DNA of 64,000 bases from a virus (IMGVR_UViG_3300024272_000027); one strand, 5' to 3'. Shown: positions 25,061-35,573, numbered from the stretch's first letter. Notes: generated by a model not told the origin, from the letters alone. Made by a program: numbers and translations.

Positions 25061-25135
25061 TGGTGACGCTACCCGGAGTCGAACCGGGCTTACGAGAATG
25101 AAAATCTCGTGTACTAACCGATATACGATAGCGCC
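25061..25135 (-). tRNA. tRNA-Glu(UUC)
   Basis: Anticodon arm CGAGA-UUUUCAU-UCUCG, T-arm CCCGGUUCGACUCCGGG. Confidence 0.7.
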
Positions 25136-25138
25136 ATT

Positions 25139-25217
25139 TGGTGGACCTTGTGGGAATCGAACCCACCTGATTTCCTCTTTGCAGGAGAGGTGACCACCCC
25201 TTGCAGTCCCAAGGCCC
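25139..25217 (-). tRNA. tRNA-Ala(UGC)
   Basis: Anticodon arm CCUCU-CCUGCAA-AGAGG, T-arm GGUGGGUUCGAUUCCCAC; enlarged D-loop. Confidence 0.6.
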
Positions 25218-25281
25218 TTATGTAAGGAAGGTTGTGTAAGTTTAGGGTTACGGTCGCGACGAACTCTTACAAACTCGACCT

Positions 25282-25368
25282 TGGTGGGGGAGAAGGGACT
25301 TGAACCCTCACGACCAAACGGCCAACGGATTTTAAGTCCGTTGCGTCTGCCTATTCCGCCACTCCCCC
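25282..25368 (-). tRNA. tRNA-Leu(UAA), type II
   Basis: Perfect acceptor GGGGGAG/CUCCCCC, anticodon arm AACGGA-CUUAAAA-UCCGUU, long variable arm. Confidence 0.7.
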
Positions 25369-26217
25369 TTATTTAAAAGTTGTGTGTCTTATTATATACA
25401 ATATATTTGTAAGTATTCCCAGCTTTATTTCTTACTACCCCGAATAGTCGGCATTGTCGATATCCTTAAGCATTGTTGAGGCGACGGTCACTACCACGCA
25501 CTTATACCTCTCAGCAACTCTTTATTTCACTGGTTTTCGTCTGCCAGGGCAATTGTATATCTGTTCCGCCAGAGGACTTACACCTCTGGGAGCAAAGGTT
25601 GGTTTCACGTATGCATCCGTTTCCAACAGTCTTACTACCGCTATGTTGATGACTAATCTTCTAATCTTGTTTACTTTGCTATTTCATATCCTCGTACTTT
25701 TAAGAGTTTTTCTTTTTGGTCATCCTCAGGAGATTCGAACTCCAACCCCAGCCCCTACGGCTGGTGCTCTACCCTTAAGCTATCGTTGGACTAAACTCTG
25801 CTACATCTCAATTCAACCATTGTACAGATGGCTAATCAATTACTTACGTCATATTTACAGACCTGCCAGGAAATTTCACCTCACGGTCAAGCGTGATGAT
25901 ATGATACATTTATAATTGTTTCATTGAGTTTGTACATTGTAGCATACTTGAATATGGCTTTATACTCACTACGGAATTAAGATTAAGTCAGTCGCAAACA
26001 TATACCGATTTTAGTGCTACTGTTATCTGTTACAGTGTAGACGCAACTACTTATTCTACTTTGATGCGCTTAATCTTTAGATGTCGATTAGGATGGGCTC
26101 CTTATTAAGCTACTTACTGCAACTGAGTAGCTCCTAATCTAAATAAATAAGAAAATACACTTGCAAGTCACCAACTTCAACTGTCGTCGGATGTATTTAA
26201 TTATTTATTATGATACT

Positions 26218-26251
26218 ATTATAATATATCTTTTATGATAATACAACTAAA
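26218..26251 (-). promoter_or_regulatory. sigma70-like promoter heading the tRNA array (TTGTAT - 17 - TATAAT)
   Basis: Minus read TTAGTTGTATTATCATAAAAGATATATTATAAT, just after the 26256..26873 stop. Confidence 0.45.
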
Positions 26252-26255
26252 TATA

Positions 26256-26873
26256 TTATTTCTTCTTATAAACTTTTCTTGCTTCTTTTATAGTTTGAAC
26301 TACAGCCTTACCCTTACGGAATTCAGCTTCAGGCAACCAAGCTTCAATAGTATTCTTGATGTGAGTGCTACCACACATCTTCTTTAACATACAGAGTACT
26401 AAACCTGTTTCAGGATTATACTTATCGTCCCCGTGACACTTTGAAACAGTCTTAGTACCATCGTTCCAGAATACGATAGTAGCAGGTTTACTGTACACAA
26501 CTCGTGTAATAAAGAGTTCTTCAATTTTACCATCATCAGCAATAAATCGGATGTCTCCAGGTAACTTATAATTCTTCAGGTACTCTTTGTTAACATAGAG
26601 GGATTTCGGTTTGATTTGAGAACCGATTGCGTACCCTGCGCACAGTGAACTTAGACAAGAACTCACTGAAGCATTACTGCAAGTACACGCGGTGTCCACA
26701 CAACTGTTTAATTTCATTTCAGACATATTATAATCTCCTTCAAGATATTTTCTTGGAATTCCAAGTACTTTATACATTTCTTCTTTCATTTGTTTAACTT
26801 CTGACATCATATCTCTGTCAAAAAGCTTTACAGGATATAACCTATGATTCTTTGTATATATGTAGTTACTCAT
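26256..26873 (-). CDS. hypothetical protein (Cys-containing)
   Basis: ORF track. Confidence 0.5.
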   Translation of the reverse strand: MSNYIYTKNHRLYPVKLFDRDMMSEVKQMKEEMYKVLGIPRKYLEGDYNMSEMKLNSCVDTACTCSNASVSSCLSSLCAGYAIGSQIKPKSLYVNKEYLKNYKLPGDIRFIADDGKIEELFITRVVYSKPATIVFWNDGTKTVSKCHGDDKYNPETGLVLCMLKKMCGSTHIKNTIEAWLPEAEFRKGKAVVQTIKEARKVYKKK

Positions 26874-27273
26874 CTGCAGGTATCTCCCTCAGGTAGTGAG
26901 GCATATCGTCCCACTGCATTTCACCAAGTTCTTGATGATGCATTATAGCAATAATATTCCAACAAGCTGCTGCTAAGTGGTCCTCGTCTTCCATACCCAT
27001 TACATACTTGTTAAGATGTCTTTTTGCAGAATCAACATAACGAGAAAATGGCATCCCTTTCTCCCAGTTTCTATCCGCATACTTTTTCGCACCAAGTTCA
27101 TACCACTTAGCAATACGGTCAATACCGAAAGGTGATATTAAATCATATCTACCTTTACCTGTGGTAGGTTCACGGATAGCATTACCGTCACCGTATGAAA
27201 TTCTTTCACCACTATCATCGATTTTGTTGATAGCTATTGTATTATCAGGTTCTCCAATAAGCAATCTATTCAC
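26866..27273 (-). CDS. MazG-like / DUF550-type nucleotide pyrophosphohydrolase (putative)
   Basis: 135 aa all-alpha-looking protein; EDEDHLAAACWNIIAIMHHQE region resembles the phage dNTP pyrophosphohydrolase N-domain; weak assignment. Confidence 0.35.
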   Translation of the reverse strand: MNRLLIGEPDNTIAINKIDDSGERISYGDGNAIREPTTGKGRYDLISPFGIDRIAKWYELGAKKYADRNWEKGMPFSRYVDSAKRHLNKYVMGMEDEDHLAAACWNIIAIMHHQELGEMQWDDMPHYLREIPADE

Positions 27274-27275
27274 CT

Positions 27276-27773
27276 CTATTCAATCATCTCGTGGTCGTGG
27301 TCTTTATACCACTCCTCGAGTGAAACAGTTTTATCATTTATTTTTTCGGCACAGCTGCTACACCAAGGACTTATCCAATCGGTACTAACTCTTGTAGCAG
27401 GTTCGCCACAATGTATACAGACTTTACGAGACAGCTTTTCATACTTAGTACATACATCTCTGATAAAAGGAGTGTAACTGGATAAGTATATATGCAGATA
27501 ACCGTATTTTTCTTTAAGACATTTTATGTAAACACAGTCTTTATCAACATCAGGAAGTAAGTTATATGCTTGTTGTAAATCCTCAGCAAACTGATTACCA
27601 AATGCTTTACGCCACCCATCGGGCATATCATCCAGCAGTGTATAATCATATTCCCAGTTGCCGTCATCAATCTTATCGTGTGGGATAAGAATAGGCCACT
27701 GCATACATAAAGCATAGTTTGAACGCTGTGTTGGTGTTAAATCAGCTAACCAATCTTTATATTCATTTGACAT
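27276..27773 (-). CDS. hypothetical protein with C-terminal zinc ribbon (CIHCGEP...CSSC)
   Basis: ORF track. Confidence 0.45.
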   Translation of the reverse strand: MSNEYKDWLADLTPTQRSNYALCMQWPILIPHDKIDDGNWEYDYTLLDDMPDGWRKAFGNQFAEDLQQAYNLLPDVDKDCVYIKCLKEKYGYLHIYLSSYTPFIRDVCTKYEKLSRKVCIHCGEPATRVSTDWISPWCSSCAEKINDKTVSLEEWYKDHDHEMIE

Positions 27774-27774
27774 T

Positions 27775-28191
27775 TTAATTCAACAACTTTGCTATATCAT
27801 CAAGTTCAAGTTCTACTTTCTTATCTTCAGAAAGTAACTTATCAAGTTTAGACTCAAGTGCTGTAATGTCTCTCAACTTTTTCACATACTGTATTGAAGA
27901 TAACTTGCTGAGTAAGTCGTTATACCACTCAGTAATGTCAAATCCATCTATAATGATATCTTCAGGTGAGGCTTCCGGAACATCTTTCACAGCTTCAATC
28001 ATTGATTTAAACTGTGTAAGATAAAACAAAGTCTTTGACATATCAAGTGTATGGATATTTACTTTTTCGCCATATAGTGTAAACACACAAGTAGTAACAG
28101 GTGCAAACTTAGGCTCAGCGCCCAACTCCGCACGCTTCTTTTTTGCTTTTTCTTTTAATAGTAATATTGTATTATCATTCTTCGTAGCCAT
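27775..28191 (-). CDS. hypothetical protein
   Basis: ORF track. Confidence 0.45.
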   Translation of the reverse strand: MATKNDNTILLLKEKAKKKRAELGAEPKFAPVTTCVFTLYGEKVNIHTLDMSKTLFYLTQFKSMIEAVKDVPEASPEDIIIDGFDITEWYNDLLSKLSSIQYVKKLRDITALESKLDKLLSEDKKVELELDDIAKLLN

Positions 28192-29410
28192 CTACTTTAC
28201 CCCATTTACATTCATATTCTTTACCATTCAATAAGAACAACTTTGTTTTAACAGGTGTATACTTCTCATACAGTTCTTCTAGTGTAATGGTTTCAAAAGT
28301 TTTGTTGAAATCATTATATGCAGGATATTCAACAGGATGGATATACCAACGGTATTCTACGCGTTGACTATTTATCTTAACTTCACCTTTACGTAGATAT
28401 CCATCAGAGCCTACAAATTCAATATGTTCTGTTGATGTATAACCTCGTTCTTTTGCTCGGTCCAGAGCATTAGTGAATTTTTCTACAAATTCATCACGTG
28501 GTTCCGGAACATATTGATATTGTGTATAATCAATCGGCGTATAATCCGAATAAGATTCTAATGCTTCATTGAATATATGATAGTCTTTGTGAACACCTTC
28601 ACACGAATAAAATTTACGTGGAATAGATGCAAAATCCACAATGTATGCGTTACCACCACGTAACTCAATAAACCAATGTTTTTGTTTATCGCTATGTTTA
28701 TTGATTACATATTGTAGATATGGGGATGTAGGTTCACGCACTGCATCAGGATATTGAGCTTTAAACTCTTTAGCATTGCTACCACGGCTATAACCCCACC
28801 AATGATAATAACTTCTTTCACAGCCCCACTTGTAGCCTTTACCCATATAAACATAACGTTCATTTTTTGCAGTAAGATATGTGTGACCTATCTTCATATC
28901 CTTTGCTCCAAGAGGTTTAGTATCAAACACTAAGGAAGTCATCTCTTCCATAGCTTTATACTCAGGAGCATTAACAGGAACTAATACTAGGTCTTTACCA
29001 TCCCAACCGTATACGAACTCACCTTCGAGACCTTTACCTTTTATACAGTTGGTATTTTCAAGTATGTATAGAAGATTGGGAAGTGTTATCTCAAATTCAA
29101 ATCCACGAGGGTCATAGATGCGAATATAAGCTTTTCTTGCATCCCAATGATACGCGTATCCACCTACATTTTTATTCAGTACAAATCCGCTTGTAGGCGT
29201 GTTATCATACGCTTCAGGAGGAATGTCTTTATCACGCCATCCTTCCCAAGATGTTTCTTTGCGTAATTTGCCTTTTTCATCCCAGTAGATAACATAAGCA
29301 AGTTTTTGAGTATATGTATCGGCTCGTTTATTGAAGCCGACATTTATACGCTTGGGTATAAAAATATTACTTGTCATAGCCATTCTCCTCTGGTAGAGGA
29401 CGAGAATCAA
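28175..29410 (-). CDS. hypothetical protein (411 aa)
   Basis: ORF track. Confidence 0.5.
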   Translation of the reverse strand: MILVLYQRRMAMTSNIFIPKRINVGFNKRADTYTQKLAYVIYWDEKGKLRKETSWEGWRDKDIPPEAYDNTPTSGFVLNKNVGGYAYHWDARKAYIRIYDPRGFEFEITLPNLLYILENTNCIKGKGLEGEFVYGWDGKDLVLVPVNAPEYKAMEEMTSLVFDTKPLGAKDMKIGHTYLTAKNERYVYMGKGYKWGCERSYYHWWGYSRGSNAKEFKAQYPDAVREPTSPYLQYVINKHSDKQKHWFIELRGGNAYIVDFASIPRKFYSCEGVHKDYHIFNEALESYSDYTPIDYTQYQYVPEPRDEFVEKFTNALDRAKERGYTSTEHIEFVGSDGYLRKGEVKINSQRVEYRWYIHPVEYPAYNDFNKTFETITLEELYEKYTPVKTKLFLLNGKEYECKWGKVDGYEE

Positions 29411-29570
29411 CTAACAAGCTAACATTGTAGCGGTCATTGTCAGTACCTACTACTTCCGCACCTGAAATAAAACAATCTTTATCACGGAACGCATAGCTAT
29501 CAATTGTTACCTTTACTTCAGTATCATCATCTAAGATACTGAGGACGCGTCTTAACTGTCCTACTGTCAT
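29367..29570 (-). CDS. hypothetical protein
   Basis: ORF track; consensus promoter upstream. Confidence 0.4.
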   Translation of the reverse strand: MTVGQLRRVLSILDDDTEVKVTIDSYAFRDKDCFISGAEVVGTDNDRYNVSLLVDSRPLPEENGYDK

Positions 29571-29600
29571 ACATATCTTCCTTTCATTTTTTATACTTAT

Positions 29601-29634
29601 ATTATATAGTAAGATAGTAAGTTATCCAACTTTA
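29601..29634 (-). promoter_or_regulatory. sigma70-like promoter (TTGGAT - 17 - TATAAT)
   Basis: Minus read AGTTGGATAACTTACTATCTTACTATATAAT. Confidence 0.45.
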
Positions 29635-31032
29635 TGCATAACTTACTTCTTTACCAATTTCACGAAACTGTACAAATGTTGGGAACTGTAAACTTTCCTT
29701 GCCTGTTGATTTATCTTTTGTGATTTCTTTATACTTAACTTCTGCAATACGTCCGAGATATTTATCTTGATTATTCCATATCTCAGTTCTCAAAGCGTCT
29801 GTAAATCCACCAACGCCTACTCGATTACCTTTATAATCAACAACGATGCTACCAAGTGTACCTTCGTTCTTACCGTTGCCCTCTTCAAAACCGATAATCT
29901 TCAAGTCCATAGTGTAAAAAGTTTTAACTTTAAGTAATCCGCTATGTCGTTTACACTTATAAGTCACATCTCGTGCAAGCATACAGCCCTCTTTACCTTG
30001 AGCATCCATTTCAGCAAGACACGTTTCAACCATTGAGTGGTCATTACCCGCATACAAGAAGTCTACAACATCGACGTGTTCTAGCCCCACCTTCGCAATA
30101 TACTCTAAAACTTGGCACATTGTTTTCATTCGCTCTTGGTAGGTAAGTTTACTTTCACCGTTTTTAAACTCAGAATAAGGCAATAAATCGAATATTACAA
30201 AAGACAATGCAGTCTTATCTTCTTCGTCAGAATTAAGTAATCCTGTTCCTATGCGGAAGTTTTCGTTATCTGGAATACCGTCAACATTCTTACGGATTAT
30301 TTCACCATCAAATACCATATTAACATCAAACAAACTTCTTATACGATTTAAGTCTTTTATAATGTGGTCAACATTGCTAAATTCACGTCCTTGGCGGCTT
30401 ACTATTTTACCGTTTATATATGTGGCTCTATTACCATTTAATTTTTCTGATAAACAAATCCATTCGCCATCTTTTAACTTTGTGTCCTGCAATTTGTTTG
30501 CTTGTTGAACTTCGTGTACTTCAATTAAACCGAGTATAGCGGTATTGGCTAACTTAGTATCAATTCCAAGTTTAAGTGTCTTTATAATAATTTTCTTAAG
30601 CAATTCATTAAACTCTACCGCGTCTGCTAATGAATTGCCTCCGTTGAATTCTTCTTTGTAGAATCCTGTAATAGATGCAAGATAAACTTGACATACTGCA
30701 ATATCAACATCACTGCCAGTATTGTGCACTTTTAAGTAGCGAATGACATCAATAATAGTTCTACAGTCACCTGTAACTGTCGGATAATTTGCAAGTGTTT
30801 TATTTATCTTTGCTTTACTGATACCCGTAACAACTGTTTTGTCTAATAAGAATTGTAAGAACTCAAGTATAATATCATTGCTCTTCCAACGCTTAAGAAT
30901 TGCTTTCTTTTCGGTTGTTGAAGTTGTACTTTGTATTTCAGCACAAAACTTCATAATGTCATACTCAGCCTTCATTCTTGGAAGTGCTGCCAAATCCGCC
31001 TTCTCGTATTCCATCTGTATTGTCTCCTTCAA
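29632..31032 (-). CDS. ATP-dependent polynucleotide ligase (DNA ligase-like; RNA-ligase function not excluded)
   Basis: Nucleotidyltransferase motifs: I SEKLNGNR (K-x-N/D-G), III VFDGEII, IV EGCMLAR, V LLKVK; 466 aa. Confidence 0.6.
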   Translation of the reverse strand: MKETIQMEYEKADLAALPRMKAEYDIMKFCAEIQSTTSTTEKKAILKRWKSNDIILEFLQFLLDKTVVTGISKAKINKTLANYPTVTGDCRTIIDVIRYLKVHNTGSDVDIAVCQVYLASITGFYKEEFNGGNSLADAVEFNELLKKIIIKTLKLGIDTKLANTAILGLIEVHEVQQANKLQDTKLKDGEWICLSEKLNGNRATYINGKIVSRQGREFSNVDHIIKDLNRIRSLFDVNMVFDGEIIRKNVDGIPDNENFRIGTGLLNSDEEDKTALSFVIFDLLPYSEFKNGESKLTYQERMKTMCQVLEYIAKVGLEHVDVVDFLYAGNDHSMVETCLAEMDAQGKEGCMLARDVTYKCKRHSGLLKVKTFYTMDLKIIGFEEGNGKNEGTLGSIVVDYKGNRVGVGGFTDALRTEIWNNQDKYLGRIAEVKYKEITKDKSTGKESLQFPTFVQFREIGKEVSYA

Positions 31033-31450
31033 CTGTATAATATGGCATTATGATGCCTTGACAAACGGCTTCACCTTGTTTTACAGTTAATGTATGACCT
31101 TCAGGAGAGTCATTATATAACTTAAGCCAGATGTGCCCTTCGTTCTTGTTATTATTATAATAGTCTGCATCCACGATTCCAACTGTATTGTATAACTGCA
31201 CTTTGTATTTAAAGCCCTGACCACTACGCGGTGCAACGAATAAGAACTTATCCGTATCGCAATCAAACTTAATGCCTGTGGGTAGTAATATAGTTTGATT
31301 AGGTCTCAACTCAAAATCACAAATACTGTAGATATCATATCCTGCTGAATACTTTGTTGCTCTCTGTGGCAATTTTATCTGTGCATATCCGATATTGATA
31401 TCTAGATTCTCTTTCTCATACATTGTATAACTTATTTTTTCAAATTTCAT
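30965..31450 (-). CDS. dut: dUTP diphosphatase
   Basis: 161 aa; dUTPase motifs AGYDIYS and APRSGQGFK. Confidence 0.7.
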   Translation of the reverse strand: MKFEKISYTMYEKENLDINIGYAQIKLPQRATKYSAGYDIYSICDFELRPNQTILLPTGIKFDCDTDKFLFVAPRSGQGFKYKVQLYNTVGIVDADYYNNNKNEGHIWLKLYNDSPEGHTLTVKQGEAVCQGIIMPYYTVEGDNTDGIREGGFGSTSKNEG

Positions 31451-31471
31451 AATAAATCTCCTTAGTATATA

Positions 31472-31510
31472 ATAAAAAGCCTGCAGCGACTAATCTGCAG
31501 GCTTTTACTT
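31472..31510. terminator. bidirectional intrinsic terminator (AAAGCCTGCAG...CTGCAGGCTTT)
   Basis: 11-bp stem with A/T flanks. Confidence 0.5.
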
Positions 31511-31522
31511 AATTATTATTTA

Positions 31523-32473
31523 TTATTCTGCGTCTTTATAAGAAGGTAGAATCATTGAAACATCTTCGCCTGCTACAACTTCAGGTAGTTTACCGTCCCA
31601 CTTGTCAAGATACATCTTCTGTAAAATCTTATCAGTAAGTGACTTTTCAAGTAATGCACTAGCTTTAGCTTCGCCTTCTGCTGCAAGAATTTTTGCCTCT
31701 GCTTCAGCCTTTGCCTTTGCTACTTTAGCTTCATTTTCATATTCTGCTTTAAGTGCATTCTGTTCAGCAATCATCTTTTCTTCAACAGCAGTTTCAAACT
31801 GTTCACTAAATTCAATATCTGTAATTGCTACATTTGTTACAGTTACGAAGAACTTTGTACCTAATGCGTCAGTAACTGCTTTTGCTGCTTCGGAGGACAT
31901 TGCTTCACGCTTTTCAATAATACCCATCGCAGTGTGCTTTGATAAAACTGTCTTAACTTTATCTCTTACAGTAGGTGTGATACGAGCTTCTAATGTTTTA
32001 AGATTACCATACTGTGTAGTAATTTCCTTAATCTTATCCGGCATAATCTGATACTGGAATTTAATATTAAGAGTCATTTGCTGAGCATCGCTTGAATATG
32101 CTATGTCATCAATATTAACTTCCTGTACTTTTGTGCTATACTTGGTATGTGCATTAAGAACCCAGAAATCAAAATATGTGCCTGCAGTTCTTGTTTCTTT
32201 AATCTTACCAAGAGACTTAACAACTGCAACTTCACTCTGGTCAACTGTGTAGAATGAAGGTGAAACAAATATTACACATACAATCATAAGAATAACGAGT
32301 AGAAGTGCAACTGCTGCATTTTTATCACGTTTCTTATTACGTGCTTTTGCTTCATCTGATAAGTCTGAAGACCATCCTGCCTTTTCTTTTGCGCTTTCTT
32401 GTTTCATACCGTAGATAAGTGCTGCTGCACCAATTCCGACAAATACAAGTGCTGTTATAAAACCAATAACCAT
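31523..32473 (-). CDS. SPFH / band-7 (prohibitin-stomatin family) membrane protein
   Basis: N-terminal TM helices, central SPFH-like region, Ala/Glu/Lys-rich coiled coil (AEYENEAKVAKAKAEAEAKILAAEGEAKA). Confidence 0.55.
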   Translation of the reverse strand: MVIGFITALVFVGIGAAALIYGMKQESAKEKAGWSSDLSDEAKARNKKRDKNAAVALLLVILMIVCVIFVSPSFYTVDQSEVAVVKSLGKIKETRTAGTYFDFWVLNAHTKYSTKVQEVNIDDIAYSSDAQQMTLNIKFQYQIMPDKIKEITTQYGNLKTLEARITPTVRDKVKTVLSKHTAMGIIEKREAMSSEAAKAVTDALGTKFFVTVTNVAITDIEFSEQFETAVEEKMIAEQNALKAEYENEAKVAKAKAEAEAKILAAEGEAKASALLEKSLTDKILQKMYLDKWDGKLPEVVAGEDVSMILPSYKDAE

Positions 32474-32492
32474 TAATCATCTTTCCTTTCAA

Positions 32493-33629
32493 TTATGAGT
32501 GCATCTTTAATAAATACTTATTTGATACGTTTTTAAAACTTTCAACACCGTCAAGACTTCTATAAACAAAGCCTTCACGCATAACTTTTGGGTTTACAAC
32601 AGAATTACCATCAGCTAATGCTTTAAGTTCTTCCATTGTGTCGGGCATTTTAACTTTTCCGATAATAGGAACCCATTTCATACCCCATCCTTCAACAATA
32701 TCCTTTCCTTCGAAAGAACTATGTCGTCCAAATTCTGAGGTCTTGAAATTGAATACATACAAATCATCTTCCGCAAGTTCAAGCGGATTTCCTTGTACTG
32801 AACCTACGCCTTCACCTTGAATGCATACCCACTTATAATCTTTATGAAGTTCTAAGTAGTTTTTCAGATGCTCTTCAATGTTGTACTTGAATGCTAAATC
32901 CCAATAAATATTGTGGTCGTGATAAGTCTTTTGATTTTCATCTGCTTGTCTCACATTACGTGAACAAACATAGAACTCAAACTTATTCTTTCCCTTTCGC
33001 TCAAGGGCGTATGTACAAGAAGTTCCATCTAATTTCTCAGTGCAAAGATAAGTCTTTCCGTCACCAATGCGCCAAGGTTGATTTTCAACTCTTTCTTCAT
33101 CGGTCTTTGAAATAAATGCTGGGAATCCTCTCGGATTATCTTTCTTCTTTCCGAAGAATAAGAACATCAACTTTCGTCCCCAAGCCCTCTTCATAAGCCA
33201 CTTTGCCCAAGGCTTCTTGAACAACTTCTTATGTCGAGCCTTCATTGAGTCATACTTTGCATTAGGATTAACATTCTTTCTTGAATTGTCTTCGGCTTCA
33301 GCATAAACTACTTTCAAGATGTCAGTAACATCAGTGCCTACGTCTTTGCCTTCTAATTCAGGGAATGACGATATTGGCATAATCAAACCTTGTGACAACA
33401 CTTTGCACATCTTTAAGGTTTTAATCTTATAATGCCGTTTTTCAAGGAACGCAAATCGCTCGTCCGTTTCCGGAACCTTACTGTCAACCTCGAAGTATAC
33501 AACTTTGTCGCCTACTTGCATTGCATCGCCTTTGTTGATAATACACCACCAACCACCGACACGTCCGTGCTCAACTCGGTCATATCCTTCAATAGGTTTG
33601 ATTTCGTCAAGAGTAGTTATGTATACCAA
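32493..33629 (-). CDS. RNA ligase, Rnl1-like
   Basis: 378 aa (T4 Rnl1 is 374 aa); adenylyltransferase motif I CTEKLDGTS (KxDG); co-occurrence with a large tRNA set, kinase and phosphatase genes. Confidence 0.55.
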   Translation of the reverse strand: MVYITTLDEIKPIEGYDRVEHGRVGGWWCIINKGDAMQVGDKVVYFEVDSKVPETDERFAFLEKRHYKIKTLKMCKVLSQGLIMPISSFPELEGKDVGTDVTDILKVVYAEAEDNSRKNVNPNAKYDSMKARHKKLFKKPWAKWLMKRAWGRKLMFLFFGKKKDNPRGFPAFISKTDEERVENQPWRIGDGKTYLCTEKLDGTSCTYALERKGKNKFEFYVCSRNVRQADENQKTYHDHNIYWDLAFKYNIEEHLKNYLELHKDYKWVCIQGEGVGSVQGNPLELAEDDLYVFNFKTSEFGRHSSFEGKDIVEGWGMKWVPIIGKVKMPDTMEELKALADGNSVVNPKVMREGFVYRSLDGVESFKNVSNKYLLKMHS

Positions 33630-33720
33630 AGCTCTCTTGCCGTCAATTATCAGTCTAACTCACTCCTTCCGTTAACTTGATATCTATATTCAATAAACCT
33701 TTAAAGGTTTAATTGCTAAC

Positions 33721-34362
33721 TTATGTATGAGGTATTCCGTCCCATACCATATTCGCTGTTGTCCAGATATAATTACAGTGTGGAATATTTTTATCTAAAA
33801 CTTGCATAAATTCAAGTGTTTCCTGAATGGCTCTTCGGCACATCTTACCGGGTTTAGCTCCACTGTTGAACACTCTCTTACGTTCGCATAAGAAATGAAT
33901 AGCATCCTCAACTGAGATAAATTTTACAATGTTTTCAGGATTATTTACATCTGTGCCTACTATTGAAGGAATAGGTTCATTATAAATACTGCCCTTTGCT
34001 TTGTTGCATTCAACGCACATTGTCTGTAGATTATCCACAACATCCAGCCCGCCTAATTTCTTAGGACGTATATGGTCCTTTGTCATCAGTGTGCCGTCAT
34101 CAGCATATAGGTTAAAGTGTCTACGTGTCTCTGCACTTAAACCATCTTTATCTTCTTCAAGTTTAAAATATGTACCTTCTTTACCGCAACAAGCACACTT
34201 TGTGCCCTTCTGATAAAAAGTAGCATATCTTAAAGACTGCTGATAAACATCAAATCCATTTACTTTAATACTAGTCCTATTCTTCTTGTTCACGGATTGA
34301 ATGTTAAGTGCTTCATCACCTAAGATAGTAAACACTACATCCACGGGAAAAATATTTTGCAT
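33721..34362 (-). CDS. HNH endonuclease
   Basis: CACCGKEG...HIRPKKLGGLDVVDNLQTMCVECNKAKG, the classic HNH His-Asn-Cys motif. Confidence 0.65.
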   Translation of the reverse strand: MQNIFPVDVVFTILGDEALNIQSVNKKNRTSIKVNGFDVYQQSLRYATFYQKGTKCACCGKEGTYFKLEEDKDGLSAETRRHFNLYADDGTLMTKDHIRPKKLGGLDVVDNLQTMCVECNKAKGSIYNEPIPSIVGTDVNNPENIVKFISVEDAIHFLCERKRVFNSGAKPGKMCRRAIQETLEFMQVLDKNIPHCNYIWTTANMVWDGIPHT

Positions 34363-34380
34363 AACAACCTTCCTTTTAAG

Positions 34381-34590
34381 TTATTCAGCTTTTGAATTAT
34401 CCATAAGCTGTTTTAACTTATAATCAAAAGCGATACTTAACAACGCAGCAGCCTTCATAGCCTCAATCTGCTCATCGTCATTGTAATATGACCGACCTTG
34501 ACCTAATCCAATGTTTGTTGCTCGTTGTTGTAGTTTTCGTAATTGAGTTAAATCTTCTTCAATCAACTCTTGTAATTTTTCGTTATCCAT
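34381..34590 (-). CDS. hypothetical protein
   Basis: ORF track; consensus promoter upstream. Confidence 0.4.
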   Translation of the reverse strand: MDNEKLQELIEEDLTQLRKLQQRATNIGLGQGRSYYNDDEQIEAMKAAALLSIAFDYKLKQLMDNSKAE

Positions 34591-34603
34591 TAACTACACC
34601 TTA

Positions 34604-34637
34604 ATAATAATATGTTAAATAAAAATATTCAACTAAT
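34604..34637 (-). promoter_or_regulatory. sigma70-like promoter (TTGAAT - 17 - TATTAT)
   Basis: Minus read TTAGTTGAATATTTTTATTTAACATATTATTAT. Confidence 0.4.
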
Positions 34638-35166
34638 CTTTCATCTTTTCCAATATCTCAGCTTTCAAATCATTAGCATAATCTATCAAATGGGCTCGAT
34701 TTTGAATGTCAATATTCATACCAGGGAATATGAATATAAGCTCATTTGTACTCTCGCGTTCACTCATTGCAAGTTGAGCGAGTATATATGCGTCATCAGG
34801 ATTATCAATGAACTCATATAGTGTTCTGTAAGTGTATTCTTTGTTGCCTGTAGGAATCAGCTTACAAACTGACATATTTTTTGAAGGTTCTTTCTCATAC
34901 GGCCATTCAAGCCACTTACTTGCAGAGTCATAACACTCTTTACGAAACATTATAGCAGACATTGCTGATGCAATACACTGTTTACAAACCTTTATGTGAC
35001 AGTTAGGAGCACAAGTTTTGGGTAACTCAGCGGCTTCCTCAACATCGCCATACTTAAAAGTAACTTTCCAACGAGTGCGCAAATCTTTAACACCTGTAAT
35101 ATCGATATAATCAGGACACACACTTCTTAAACATTCAATCATAGTTTCGTATCTCATACTACGCAC
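34633..35166 (-). CDS. hypothetical protein (Cys-containing)
   Basis: ORF track. Confidence 0.5.
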   Translation of the reverse strand: MRSMRYETMIECLRSVCPDYIDITGVKDLRTRWKVTFKYGDVEEAAELPKTCAPNCHIKVCKQCIASAMSAIMFRKECYDSASKWLEWPYEKEPSKNMSVCKLIPTGNKEYTYRTLYEFIDNPDDAYILAQLAMSERESTNELIFIFPGMNIDIQNRAHLIDYANDLKAEILEKMKD

Positions 35167-35374
35167 CTCTTGTAAGTAAAACGAATAAGTTATAAGCGGA
35201 ATATGTAGGGTTAGGTTCGAGGTTCTTTGAAATAACTTCTAACCAACTAAAACCAAACCACGCTATCAACGCGATAGCTAACGCTGTAATCAATACTGAT
35301 AAAATACTTAACTTCCTTGTCATATGTAACAACCTTCCTTTTTATTTTACATACTTATTATATAATAAATATGT

Positions 35375-35545
35375 TTATTTTTCAACTTTCGGAATAAATT
35401 GATAAACAACTTCTCCCGTTGTATTATCAATGACATCAGCTCTCAATTGACTTTGAATAACAATCTGTTGAGCCATTGCTAGTTTAGGTACGCAAAAATT
35501 ATGAAATAGGTTTTCCGGATTTTGATTAAATATGATTTTGAACAT
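35375..35545 (-). CDS. small hypothetical protein (start revised to internal ATG MFKIIF; ORF-track start 35575 lies inside the promoter -10)
   Basis: AAGGAAGTGG RBS before the internal ATG; the consensus promoter -10 overlaps the track start codon. Confidence 0.4.
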   Translation of the reverse strand: MFKIIFNQNPENLFHNFCVPKLAMAQQIVIQSQLRADVIDNTTGEVVYQFIPKVEK

Positions 35546-35573
35546 TTCTACCACTTCCTTATTTTCTAATTTC

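Noticed and set aside
25454-25915. 153-aa plus-strand ORF
   Set aside because: Low-complexity translation of the non-coding region between the array promoter and tRNA-Leu. No RBS, and it is on the opposite strand to all neighbouring genes.
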